Positions 52,384 to 64,000 of a stretch of 64,000 bases of DNA are shown here, one piece after another. Location: the NCBI GenBank assembly GCA_973895155.1, contig OZ316897.1, positions 22,977,455 to 23,041,454 of the forward strand. The letters are read 5' to 3'. The notes under the pieces were generated by a model, which saw only the letters and a program-made list of their open reading frames with translations, did no database searches and had not been told where the DNA came from. This stretch comes from Marsupella aquatica (taxonomy: Eukaryota > Plantae > Marchantiophyta). Every line of letters begins with the position of its first letter. Position 1 is the first letter of the stretch. The position numbers and the translations under genes are program-made.

Positions 52384-55300
52384 ATGGCAAATTTTGCATC
52401 ACCAGAGTCTATCTCTTCTCAAGCTTCACAGTCTGCAGCTTCTCAGCGTCGAGAGACAAGGTCTTCGACTACCAACAAGGCACTAGCTTCGGGTTTGAAG
52501 ACACCTCGTCGAAGGAAACTTGTTGATCCGATGGAGATTTTGCCACCACCGATGGAGTCTTATAAGTCGGAACCATTCTTCGTGGTGATCAACCGTCACC
52601 TCTACCACTTTGGGCCAAATGAATTTGGGTATCCCCTTGTTCCCCCTCGAATTCCACTATGTAGGATGCGAAACATGCAGCTCGTCAGGTCGCTGCAGAC
52701 TGATTCCAATGCAATCGAAACCCTCAAGAATGAGTTTCGAGCTCAGGGTTACATTGAGGACGCGCCCAGATTTTACGTTCAGATGACGAACGAGAATGGT
52801 GAGGTTCAGTTCATCAACGACACCATTTGAATGTGTTGGGATCCGATATGGGCGTTGCAGAACGAAGATTTTGAGAGAGAGTGTGATTCTCATCCAGACT
52901 TTGCTGTATTGAAGGACAAAATGTTTTATGTTTTTGACGGTAATCATCGTCTATACTCGTGGAATCTGCTGGCCATCGAGAATCCACATGATATCAAATA
53001 TCATCCTCGTGTTGTCACCAAGATTTTCAAAGGGGAGAAAGACACGTTTGTGCAGATTGAATCTGCAATGCATGCCCTGAATCGGTGAGCATCGGATCTG
53101 TTCTTATTGATTCAATGTTGTCTATCACTTCACATTTCGGGTTTTCTTATCTCTGATTTGTACTCGAAACATCTTTGATACTTTTGTTCATTGGCAGGCT
53201 CACTCAATGCCACGTTGAGAATTCATGGGTCCTTGAAGCAGATCGTGTCCAGAAGATACTGAACACGGACTTGTCGGTCTACAAGGATTTGATTGATGCA
53301 GACAATTTCAAGTTGTTCCAACAAAAGATGCAAAATGTGAAGAAACCCTCTTGGTATTCAAAAAATATGACCCTCGATGCTTGTATTTACATTCTTTCCG
53401 CTGCAAATATAGCTTCCCAGACTGCGGATTTGTAGAAGAAGTTTTCTCTCAAGGAGGATCTTGGCGAACCTTTGTCAAAAGCTGCGAAGGACACTGCTCT
53501 ATGAGAAATGATGAAGGAGCAACTATCTGATTGGAATGTTAAAGTTCCAAAAATTGCTCCTCTTCTCAATCCCGAATTCAGGGATTTCTTTCAGAAATGT
53601 GTGGAGATGCATAACTACTGTGAGAAAGAACGGAAGGAAGCACAAAGGATTGATGATAAAGGGAGAGGCAATGTCTCATGTGGTCTTGATCGAGCGAGGC
53701 TTTTCACCGGGGTAACATCTCTCAGCCCACTACTTCGTTGCAATCTACTTGAAGCGCAGTGCAAGCCCGAGCTACGAAAGCAATATTTTCATCCTGGGCA
53801 ATTCTCAGATAGTGAGACTAAACTCTGGCTGCACAGGTGGGCTACGTGGGAACAAGTAGAGTCGATTGCTAGATCTCTTTTGTCCGAAGCTGTTTCAGAA
53901 ATGATTCTAAGTGTCCCTAAATCTCGAGTTCTTTCAGCCTCAGAGAAGAACAAGGCGTCACTTGTTCTTGATATTAGTGATGAGTTTGAGGACTTTTTGC
54001 AGCGAGTTAAATCCAGGTTTTTCAAGAGCATTAGGGCCCCAAAAGTAGGGGAAAAGATAGATATTGTCGCATTTTGGAGAAGGGCAAAAAGATATGTATA
54101 CCGATTTTTTGTTGACCGGGAGGTGGCCAATAGAGCATTCTGGTGGTGTTACCCCGCGTGTTTCTCCCAGTGGGCCGAATACGTGACTGACGATTTAGGA
54201 AATCAAAACTGTGGTGACTACTCAATGTACCCTTGTGAAGACGTTGAGCCACTCCGGAAGATGAGTGAATGGGAGGTTTTACATTGTCCATGGTACTTAG
54301 ATTCAGAGAATTGGTCACTGACATTTGATGGGACAAAGAAGCTTGCTTTGCAGAAGATAAATCGTGGGTTAGTCCCAGAGTTTTATATATCTGAATCAAA
54401 AATGCCCAGCCTCGAAGCAGTGCAGGCCGGGTGTGAGGCTATGGAGCAGGCTTGCCTTGGTGTTGCACCAATTGTTGATAGAAGCCGTTCCTGAAAATTG
54501 AAGAAGGACGTTGTGAAGGAGGTGTCAAAAGAGACCTCTCAGGTTTCCGGCAGGAGAAGTAAGTGTGCTCATCATCCTAACTCTCGATCGGCTTCTAATG
54601 TTTAGTCCTTTCTTTGCAAATTCTTGTTTTCTGAGGTTTTTGGTTATCTTTTTTTTCCAGAAAAGAGAAGATCGACTGGTTCAGAGAGTGTCCAGACCGT
54701 GCAGAATCGTGGGCGACAGGATCCCATTGAACCTGAATCTCCGGATTTTGATATTGTGACAAAACCGATTGGTGATAAGCTTAAGAAGAAGAGAAAGGTT
54801 TAAGTGCTCTCAGATTCAGAAGATGAGGAAGGGTCGATCAGTGAGGGTGTGATGAGGATATGTGGACTTCAACTGGATGGGAATCGACATTTCTTTGCCA
54901 GGAGTAATTTGCATTTCACAACAGACTCAATTGCTTTGAAGAAAGTTTGACCTTCGTGGATGGGGGAGGGGGATCGCTGGCTGAGTGAGATTTTGAGTTC
55001 TTCAGAACATCCGAACCCCCTAAGAATCAATGGCAAGCCTTACACCGGTACCAGTGCCCATCTTGGGTTCATTGCTCTTCCTACAGGACTAAGGCCTCGT
55101 GTTACTGATGTGAAGGTGCCAAAATGGAATGTTTGGATGGAGAAACTTCCTTATTACTTCTTCGGAGTCATGAGGCCGATGTTGTCCGATGATGGATATG
55201 TGGTTGTTCTCCATAGTGGAGAATTTAACCACATGAAGCAGATTTTTGCTGCCATTGAGCAGAAGAATAAATTCAAACATCTTTGCCAGTACCACGTTTT

Positions 55301-56421
55301 GTTGAGTAGCCCAATGTGGATGCCAGACATCGATGTTGAGGTGAGATGTCAAGATTTTTGGTTTAAATTATAGGTCTTTTTTGCCAGTGAGGTTGCTAGC
55401 CTTCACAGCCTCAGTATTTGACATATTTTTTGCTTTTCCAGGTTTGCAATCTCAGTCTGGATGTGTTTTGTCAAACTGAATTCGATGGGAAGATCCCCAA
55501 GGACCCGAAGTACATCCCCATGGCAACATCTGAGGATGCATCTCATAAGAAGTTACTCAGTCTTTGTTACCCGAAAATCAATGTCAGGACTGAGTTAGCT
55601 TTTGCAGGGTCTTGTCGATTATCTGTTGGATTCATGCAGGCAGTGATGGAGCTTTTGACAAAGCCAAGAGACATTGTGCTAGATTGGAATGTTGGAGATG
55701 GAAGTTCATTCCGAGCGGGGGAACTCTCCGGGAGGTTTGTAGTTGGGGTTGAGGATAGGGAATTTCTCCATGATGCTGCACAGGAGTCGTTGAAGTTGGT
55801 TTTGGATCGTCATAAGAAAATTGAAGACATCACTATTGGGATGGGTACTGAGTCATTGGAGGACGGGGATTCAGATGACGAGTTTACTCTTGCTGGATCG
55901 AGTGGTGGAAGAACGAAAGTTCCTGCTCCGGATGGGAAAGATGACCACGATGAATTTGACCTGGAGTAATGTACTTATCCTGTCTCATACCAAATCCAAC
56001 TGTGTTTAGAAAGTAAAGTTCAGTTTTTTCCACCTTGAATTAATCGGCTGCTGATTTTGCTTTTTATAGTGATCGACGTGTAGATTGGTTCTCGGAGGAG
56101 AGATTTTGGCTCCGAAAGGAAATTGAGGGCGCTTTTCTCTTCTCGCCTGAGAAATCGTTCACTCTACCTTGCTATGCGGAGAAGTCTGCAATTGAAGCAG
56201 ATGACACTTTTGTTATGACTTGGGAAGGAAAAGGTCGGAGGTCAGATCGTGGCGCTCGGAGGAATTTGTACAGCCTTCCTTTCATTGATGTTGAGGCGGG
56301 TCATGTGAAGAGATATGTGGACGAGTCGGCTGAGTCAACTGATAGGGAGTTTAGCAGTGAGGAAATCAATAGTAGTAGTATGAATGATTTGGAATCAGGT
56401 GAAAGTCATTCCACAAATTAG
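52384..56421 (+). pseudogene. MULE cargo gene: ParB/Srx-like domain + beta-class amino (N4C/N6A) DNA methyltransferase-like domain, ~1200 codons, 5 exons
   Basis: Exons 52384-53084, 53198-54558, 54661-55340, 55442-55965 and 56070-56421 splice in frame. Motifs: FYVFDGNHRL; KKKRKV; LGFIALPTG..P.WN...LSDDGYVVV; FMQAVMELLTKPRDIVLDWNVGDGSSFRAGELSGRFVVGVE. Six in-frame stops. Confidence 0.75.
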
Positions 56422-58037
56422 TGTGAAGTTTTATTCTGCTTGTGTGTCCCCTGAATGGGAAGCAGCAGAATAAGCTTGATCTCTTTAGCCATTCTGGAGA
56501 AATTACTCTCAGTTTCAATAAAGTAATCGAGGAAGCCAATTTTGATGAGTGGGAAATGTCTGTAACTTGAGTATAGTCTTTATTGGTTTTCTTGTTTTGA
56601 TCAGTTTTGTGTATGATGGAAGGCTAGCGCCCTCGCTTACAACCCATGTGCATTATGAAAGTTTTGACAAATGCTTAGTTTGGTTGTGTGAAATCCTTTC
56701 GAGGCACTAAATATGCCATTCAAAAAATGACATATCCCTCGCTAGCAAAGCTCATGTCGCTAGCAATTTCTCCTGTTTCCTTGCATGGTACAAACCCCCA
56801 TTACACCCAAACCATCCCCTTACACCAGATCGTCAGTCGATCGTCAGTCGAAGGGTCTACAGCCGCTAGAGCACTAGAAAAGGCAGACACTGTCTCTTTA
56901 TAAACGCCAATTGGGGCCTAGGCTTGTACTGTAGATTGGGGCCTAGGCTTCTAGAGTGAATACATTTTTGGAGTTTTGGGACCTAGTCAGGCCAATTGGG
57001 GCCTACTGTAGTCTTCTAGAGTGAAGACACTTTTGGGGTTTTGGGGCATAGTCTTCTAGAGTGAAATCTCTAAAGTGAAGATTCGAGACACCAACTTCAT
57101 GGCTCATCATGTGTATGAGAAAACTCATCAATGTATGAATGATAATCATGCATGTTTTTTGTGATGATTTTTATTTACATTAAAAAAAATCTTATCATGT
57201 GAATAAGAAAGCTCATGAATATATGTTAAATGATGATATTTGTATTACAAAATGAACTCTAATGCCCCACCATAACATATGTACATAGAAAGAGGGATGT
57301 GCATAGAAAAGAGTATGATATGTTCTGTATGATTATTAAAATGATGACATGCATGATGGATTTTTATCATTTCATTAACAATCAAAAAATGTGAATAAAA
57401 ATTATATTTTGGTGACATATTTATTGTACTCCCTGCTATTCAGGTTCAAAGAACAGGTAGTGAGGGCTAGTAGATAACAATGTCAAGGACCAAAAAGTGT
57501 CAAACTTGGAAACACTATCCCACGGGTCAAGAGACCCAATAACCAATTTTTTCCAACATTGCCTGACTTGCTCATGAATGTTATTTTCATAGGTAGTTAT
57601 TTCATTTTAAATCTTGCTTTAGGGTAGTCCATGCTTTGTAGTGCCTGACCTTTTGAATATACACAAACACCCTTAAAAGATTTCCTTCCCTTTTATTCTT
57701 TTATATGAATTCATATGTAAAGTACCTTCACCTCTGTCCCAATGCCTTGGCGTTTCTTCATTGAGAGGGGCTATGTCTTCTACTAGCTTCAAACCCTTGA
57801 CCTTCACTCCCCAGCCTACTCCTTCAACCATTGGGCTGAGGACTAATGCTGACATTCAATGGTTATTAAGTGTATTTAGTAACTTCATTCAAATTTCTGT
57901 TATTTTCCATTTTCATTGTTTTTCTTGATATATAGCTGGCCCATTCTATGACATGGCTATTTTGTTTTATTTGAGCTATTAAGAAATAGTATTTATTGTT
58001 GCATGATTGTTAAAGTGACAAAACAAAATCTCTATAT

Positions 58038-61000
58038 TGTTAGACTCTACCTGGTGACCGGACGACCGGACCAGCCAGTCACCGGACCGGCACCACTACA
58101 TGTACCAAACACCATAGACTATACATCATTCATTCTATTCTCACACGTTATCAGCACGAAGCCTCAGCCAGCGGAGCGAGATAGAAAGGAGAAGACCAGG
58201 GAAGATTGAATTTTTTTTTGAATGGGGGATCGAGAGGACGACTTTAACATCTAAGGAGCACAAAGACATTGGATCCAAGATCAAAGAGTCGAGGGCAGAA
58301 AAACAAATTTCGAGAGAAAGGTCGAGCACTATAAAGGCATCGAGAATTGAAGGGAACAAAAATGAAGATGGATGTGAGCACTAGAAAATGAAGATTGCAG
58401 ATTGCACGAAGCAACAGATTCGTGAAGGGAGCCAAAGCTTTATCATCTAAGACTCGGCCTCGAAAGATCGCAGCACAAAATGAGAAGATAGAGTAAGCCA
58501 TTGATGCAGAAGAGAGCACTTCAGGGAATTTCCAAGTAGACACTATCGTAAGGGCAGAAGGACCAGGCCGAGATCGAGAAATAAAGAGAAAACAAGAAGA
58601 CAGCCCTGGAGGAAGCATCGACCTACGCCCTTTCAATTGCTCTTTGATAAGGAACATCGAATAGAAAATAAGACCGTCCTCACTTTGAAAATTGAAGATC
58701 GGGAAGACTGGAAAACATTGAACGTGCCAGGCAGGCAGGCAAGCGTTTTGATACGAACGAAAGACATCGGACCTAGGTGGAGAGGCAAAGAAAAACAAAA
58801 GGGAAGCATCGATCAGGAGCAGAAGGGCAGCATCGATCGAGGACCTACACAAGATGCTGTAAAGCGAAATTGACAGAAGACCAATAAGAGGCATAAGGCA
58901 ACAACGATAGAAGGCAATGAAGGGAGAAGCCCAAGAGTAGAGGTCGCGAGCGGACACAAGCAAAAAAGCACAAGAACAACCCAAACACATCGAGAGAACG
59001 TCGAAGAAAACTCAAACCACTAAGTGCACGCTCCATAACCGCACACAACCGCAAAACCCTCTTTAACTGCAAAATCCGTCAAATAGATTTCAGTTACAAA
59101 GGAAAAGTTGCACTTAACCATAACTGCAAAACCTAAGCGCACATCCGCATAACTGCACACCGTAACCAAGAAAATTTTACTTAAAACCTAAATCCTTAGT
59201 GCAAACCCTAAAATTGAATTCCGGATTTGCATGCTCTCTCCTCCCAGCACCACCTTGCATGCCGCAGAAATGTGCTTTGTCGTTTCTTACTATACTTACT
59301 AGTATATAAGCCTCAACTACCATTAAAATGAATCAAGCCATCAACCCAATGACCAACCTAGAGAAATTAACATTTCCAGCCCTAGACATCGATGGTAGCA
59401 ACTACCTGGAATGGTCAATGAATCTCAGAGAGAACCTAACCTCGCTAACCCTACTCCTAGCCATAGGGATGGCTCAACCTATACTAGCTGGCGAACCCCA
59501 ACCAGACCCGTTAACTAAAGCCAATGAATCGAAGGCCCTAGTATTCCTGAGACGCCATATCCATAGATTCCTACAAAGACAATACATGCACCTCTCAACC
59601 CCTCGTGAACTATGGACAGCGCTCCAAACCCGATTCGACCACCAAAAATTTGTTGAACTACCTAAAGCCAGGCAAGACTGGCTAAACCTGTGAGTCCAAG
59701 ACTTTACCTCTATTTCAGCCTACAATAGCGAACTCTTTAGAATAACATCAACCCTCGCACTATGTGGCGAGCCGGTCACAGACAAGGATCTGCTAGAGAA
59801 GACCTTGTCGACATTTCATTCATCGAATGTGTGGCTATCAACACAGTATCGAAACATGAAGTTCGGGCAATACTCCGAGCTCATAGCCCACCTCCTAGTC
59901 ACCGAAAGAAACCAAGAACTTCTTTTCGTAAACTCTAGAAAACAACCTGCGGGCACAATGCCCTCAGGACAACAGAATGAAACCCATAACATAGAAAATG
60001 ATGAACCCTCCACATCGAGGCAAGACATTAAATGCACTAAGAATAGCAACCGGAGAAACACCCACAACAGGGGAAGTTTCTATAACCAACGTCCACAATA
60101 TAACTCCCAACGGACCTTTAGAGGACGTGGAGGACGAGAAGGACGTGGAGGACGTGGAGGACGTGGTGGACGAGAAGGACGTGGAGGACGTGGAGGACGA
60201 GGAGGACGTGGTGGACATGGCGGACGCGGAGGACGCAGCGGTGGTAGAACATATAACAACAACCGTAGAAATGATTGGTCACAATCCCGACAACAACGGG
60301 AACGACCGAAATGCCATGAATGTGGCATGACAAACCACCTAGCGAGAAACTGTAGAATCCCGCAACACCTTAGAGATCTATACCAACGGTCCATCCAGGA
60401 TGGACAAACCTCTAGGACACCACCCCGTGAAACCCACGGGGCGTTCATGGAGTCTAGTGACCCATTCCAAGACTTTTCAGACCTACCTGTCCAACCCGAG
60501 GCACACTTAGTGGCAAGTAGCTCCACTACACCAGATTTAAATAGCCCAAGCACATGTATTATCGACAGTGCGACCACGCATACTATCCTCGGGGATAGGC
60601 ACCTTTTCCACAAGATTACACCCTCACGTAGATCCTTGACCACTATAAATGGCCCTAGCCAAATAGAAGAAGGCTTCGGCCCAGCTTCCATTAGACTACC
60701 GCAGGGTACAGCGATTCACATAGAATCTGTCATTTTCGCCCCGAACGCAACCCGTAATCTCCTCAGTTTTAGAGATATACGAGCAAATGGACTACATGTC
60801 CAGACGGGCGATACAAGAGACCAGGAAGTGATACACTTGGTTGAAAATACCCCTACGGGGAAAATCATTAAAGAAACACTTTTCTCGTACCCCTACGGGT
60901 TTTATGTAACTCATATTGAATGCCTGCATAACAATGCCAACACAAGCGAATTGCATGCGCTTTGGCATGCACGCCTCGGCCACCCCGGCCAATCAATGCT

Positions 61001-64000
61001 AACCAAAATCATTAAGAATTCAAGAGGCATTCCAATCAATACACGCCACATTCCAGCAAGCACCCCATGCACTGCATGCTCACGCGGCAAACTAATAACA
61101 AGGCCCACGGCATCAAAATTGCCAACTAAAATACCCCAATTCTTGGAAATCATCCATGCAGATGTTTGCAGAACAATTAACCCACCGAGCGGACCATTCC
61201 GCTACTTTATGGTATTAATCGACGCATCAACTAAATGGTCAAATGTGACACTGCTTTCAACGAGGAACATGGTTATGCCTCGCATTTTGGCGCAAATCTT
61301 GCACATGAAAGCACAATTCCCAGATCACCCCATTAAGACACTAAGGGTGGACAATGCAGGGGAATTCACATCCAAAACATTTGATAACTTGTGTACATCA
61401 CTTGGCATCGACGTACAATATCTTGTACCTCACGTGCATTTTCAGAACGGATTAGCTGAAGCAGTCATTAAACGCCTTCAGTTAATTGCATGCCCATTAT
61501 TAATGCAGTCAAAACTCCCCGTCTCAGCATGGGGACATGCCATATTACAGGCTAATGCATTAATCCAATACCGCCCATCGGCTTTTAATACCTATAGCCC
61601 ATACCAAATTGCTAATGGTATCAAACCTGACCTATCACATCTTCGTTCATTTGGATGTCAAGTAATGGTCCCCATTACTCTACCCAAACGAACCAAGATG
61701 GGACCCCAACGACAGTTGGGGATATACATCGGATTCGACTCTCCGTCCATAATTCGATATATGGAGCCAACAACTGGCGACGTTTTTAAATCCAGATTTC
61801 TAGATTGCCATTTTGATGAACACATTTACCCACCATTAATAACCCCTGAACACCCACAACCACTTTTGGAGTGGGAAAGACACTCACCATTTTGGCAAGA
61901 CCTTAGAACCAATCAAGGGGAGAAAGAAGTTCAACGAATTTTACAACTCCACAAGATTGTGGAAGAACTTCCCGATACTTTCGTTGATACATCACAAGTT
62001 AGCTGCTCACATATTCTAGCTGCGAGAGCACCTGCTCGCATTGAATTATCAAGTGAGCCAGCAAGTACATCCCAGCCTCGTGCCAAACGAGGTAGACCTT
62101 TGGGATCAAAAGATAAACAACCACGAAGGCGTGGTTCATCTATACCACCTTCACCTGATGTCGATCATAACGAATCTACATCCCATATCTCTATCCACTA
62201 CGCACACACAGGTGCGATGTGGGATAGAAATACTACTTCAATAGATGATGCTTTTGCATTAATGGTGGCAACACATATCACTGACGATACACCCGAACTA
62301 ATATCTATCTTAGAATGCCAAAAGAGACCAGATTGGCCTGAATGGCAAAAAGCTATAAATGGAGAATTAGATTCCCTACTTAGCAGACACACTTTTGGCC
62401 CAGTCGAGCCAACACCGCAAAATGTACACCTAATTGGCTACAAGTGGACATTTGTCCGCAAAAGAAATGATAAAGGCCAAGTTGTATGCTATAAAGCACG
62501 TCTGGTAGGGAAAGGATTTACCCAACAACCGGGAATTCATTACGATGAAACCTATTCACCGGTTATGGATAGCACAACATTCCGATACCTTATCGGATTT
62601 GCCATTTTCCATAAACTACAAATGCGACAACTGGATGTTGCGACCGCATATCTATATGGAACTTTAGACACTTGTCTGTACATGCGATCACCTCCTGAGT
62701 TGGAGCAACGTCGCCGAGCTTTAGCTCAAGGCGCTAAATCGCATATCCCATATTTACATAAGATTATAAAACAATTATCTCAAGTTACACCTCATGTGTC
62801 ATCTACACATGTAACTCATAATAACGACACCGCTGTGTCAACCGTACGGAATACTCGCTGTGGACTAGCTATCCGCGTGTTGAAGGCATTATATGGCCTG
62901 AAACAAAGTGGCAGAGTATGGTATCAAAGATTTACTAATGAAATGATTGCCATGGGTTTTTCCCATGATGCCATTACACCATGTTTATTTATTAAACATG
63001 TGGATGATGAATATGTCATCGTTTCTATTTATGTTGATGACTTAAATATATTTGGGACACCCCAACTTACAGAAGACACTATTACCAGTCTTAAATCCAC
63101 ATTTGAGATGAAAGACCTTGGACATACAAACTTTTGCTTAGGCTTACAACTAGAGATCCTACCCACTGGCATGATGCTCCATCAGACAACACAAATTGAA
63201 AAAATCCTAAAACAGTTCAATATGAACCTAGCACACCCATTGACGTCACCAATGGTTGTACGTTCATTAGAAAACAATACTGATGTTTTTCGCAAGCGCA
63301 AAGAACATGAACCACTATTAGGACCAGAAACTCCATATCTTTCTGCGATAGGAACATTAATGTATCTAGCAAATCAGACACAACCAGACATTGCATTTAC
63401 AATTAACTTACTAGCTAGACATAGTGCAACTCCCACAGCCAAACACTAGAACAGAGTTAAGCACTATTTAGGTATCTGCGTGGCACCACCGATACAGGGT
63501 TATTTTACCCATTCGGTGCAAACCACGAACTCATAGGATACGCGGATGCCGGATATCTTTCTGACACTGACACCGCAAAATCGTACCCCCTTTTCTTGGA
63601 AAAGCGTGAAACAGACCCTAACAGCAACGTCATCGAATCACTTAGAAATCTTAGCTCTACATGAGGCTAGTCGTGAAGCCGTTTGGTTACGATCCTTTAT
63701 AAATCACATCAACACCAAATGCGGCCTACCACCACTAACGAAGCCTACTAACATTTTTGAGGATAATGTAGCATGTATACAGTAGATCACGAAAGGATTC
63801 ATCAAAGGCGATCGCGTGAAGCATATAGCTCCAAAGTTTTTCTACACCCACGAGTTACATGGAAAAGAGATCAACATTTTGCAGATTTCAAGTGCAGACA
63901 ACTGTGCGGATCTCTTCACCAAATCACTATTGCCATCAATTCATCACCGACACTGCCAAGCGATTAGACTACGGAGCGTGCGACGCATGATGACCGTGGA
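58038..64000 (+). mobile_element. Ty1/Copia LTR retrotransposon (Bianca-like), 3' end outside the window
   Basis: Probable short 5' LTR 58038-58145 (TG..CA), then PBS CGTTATCAGCACG at 58146, then gag-pol. Confidence 0.88.
59328..63990 (+). pseudogene. Copia gag-pol (gag, CCHC, protease, integrase, RT, RNase H), disrupted
   Basis: KLTFPALDIDGSNYLEW; CHECGMTNHLARNC; IIDSATTH; WHARLGHPG; RVDNAGEF; YKARLV; YGLKQSGR; YVDDL; IFEDN. Stops at 59691 and 63447, plus frameshifts and stops in RNase H. Confidence 0.93.

Larger units (their letters stand above)
46990..56764. promoter_or_regulatory. Dispersed 18-bp palindrome GCTAGCGA-NN-TCGCTAGC, putative protein-binding sites
   Basis: Copies at 46990, 48923, 51171, 51419, 51515, 51620, 51842, 55383 and 56623; half-sites at about 46631, 56738 and 56756. 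The repeat is seen directly; the function is inferred. Confidence 0.7.
46491..56799. mobile_element. Complete Mutator-like element (MULE), 10,309 bp, two divergent genes
   Basis: 9-bp TSD ATTACACCC at 46482-46490 and 56800-56808. Both termini start GGG. TIR core TACCATGCAAGGAAACAGGA at 46500-46519 and its inverse at 56771-56790. Confidence 0.9.

Noticed and set aside
46500-56790. Reading the large element as TA-flanked Tc1/mariner-type (TA-CCATG...CATGG-TA)
   Set aside because: A perfect 9-bp TSD lies exactly 9 bp further out on both sides and the transposase is MULE-type, so the true ends are 46491 and 56799.
56908-57080. Short ttggggcctag / ttctagagtgaa repeats
   Set aside because: Low-complexity degenerate repeat with no interpretable structure.
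58244-58990. 248-aa hydrophobic antisense ORF in the Copia leader
   Set aside because: Explained by the purine-rich + strand, which gives a stop-poor Leu/Phe/Ser-rich antisense frame; no motifs.

Overview
Eukaryotic nuclear DNA from a plant. Spliceosomal introns, the gene set and the TE types suggest a seed-free land plant, which is my inference. Host genes: an intronless plasma-membrane H+-ATPase, OSTC/DC2, an HSBP-like gene with a U12 AT-AC intron, a DUF3054 protein and a UTr5/SLC35B2-type nucleotide-sugar transporter. They are interspersed with a degenerate Helitron RepHel, a CRE-like LINE fragment, several MITEs and tandem repeats, a solo LTR and a Bianca-type Copia. Main highlight: a complete 10.3-kb Mutator-like element (46491-56799, short TIRs, 9-bp TSD ATTACACCC). 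Divergent from its transposase it carries a 5-exon gene fusing a ParB/Srx-like domain to a beta-class N4C/N6A DNA-methyltransferase-like domain. Its non-coding DNA and introns are studded with an 18-bp palindrome, GCTAGCGA-NN-TCGCTAGC, recalling parS sites or VANC target motifs. Second highlight: a TET/JBP-like dioxygenase gene next to the Helitron RepHel, with repeated, apparently intronic hairpins that show a compensatory change. Both TE copies are pseudogenised. All domain calls come from motif recognition by eye, not from database searches.
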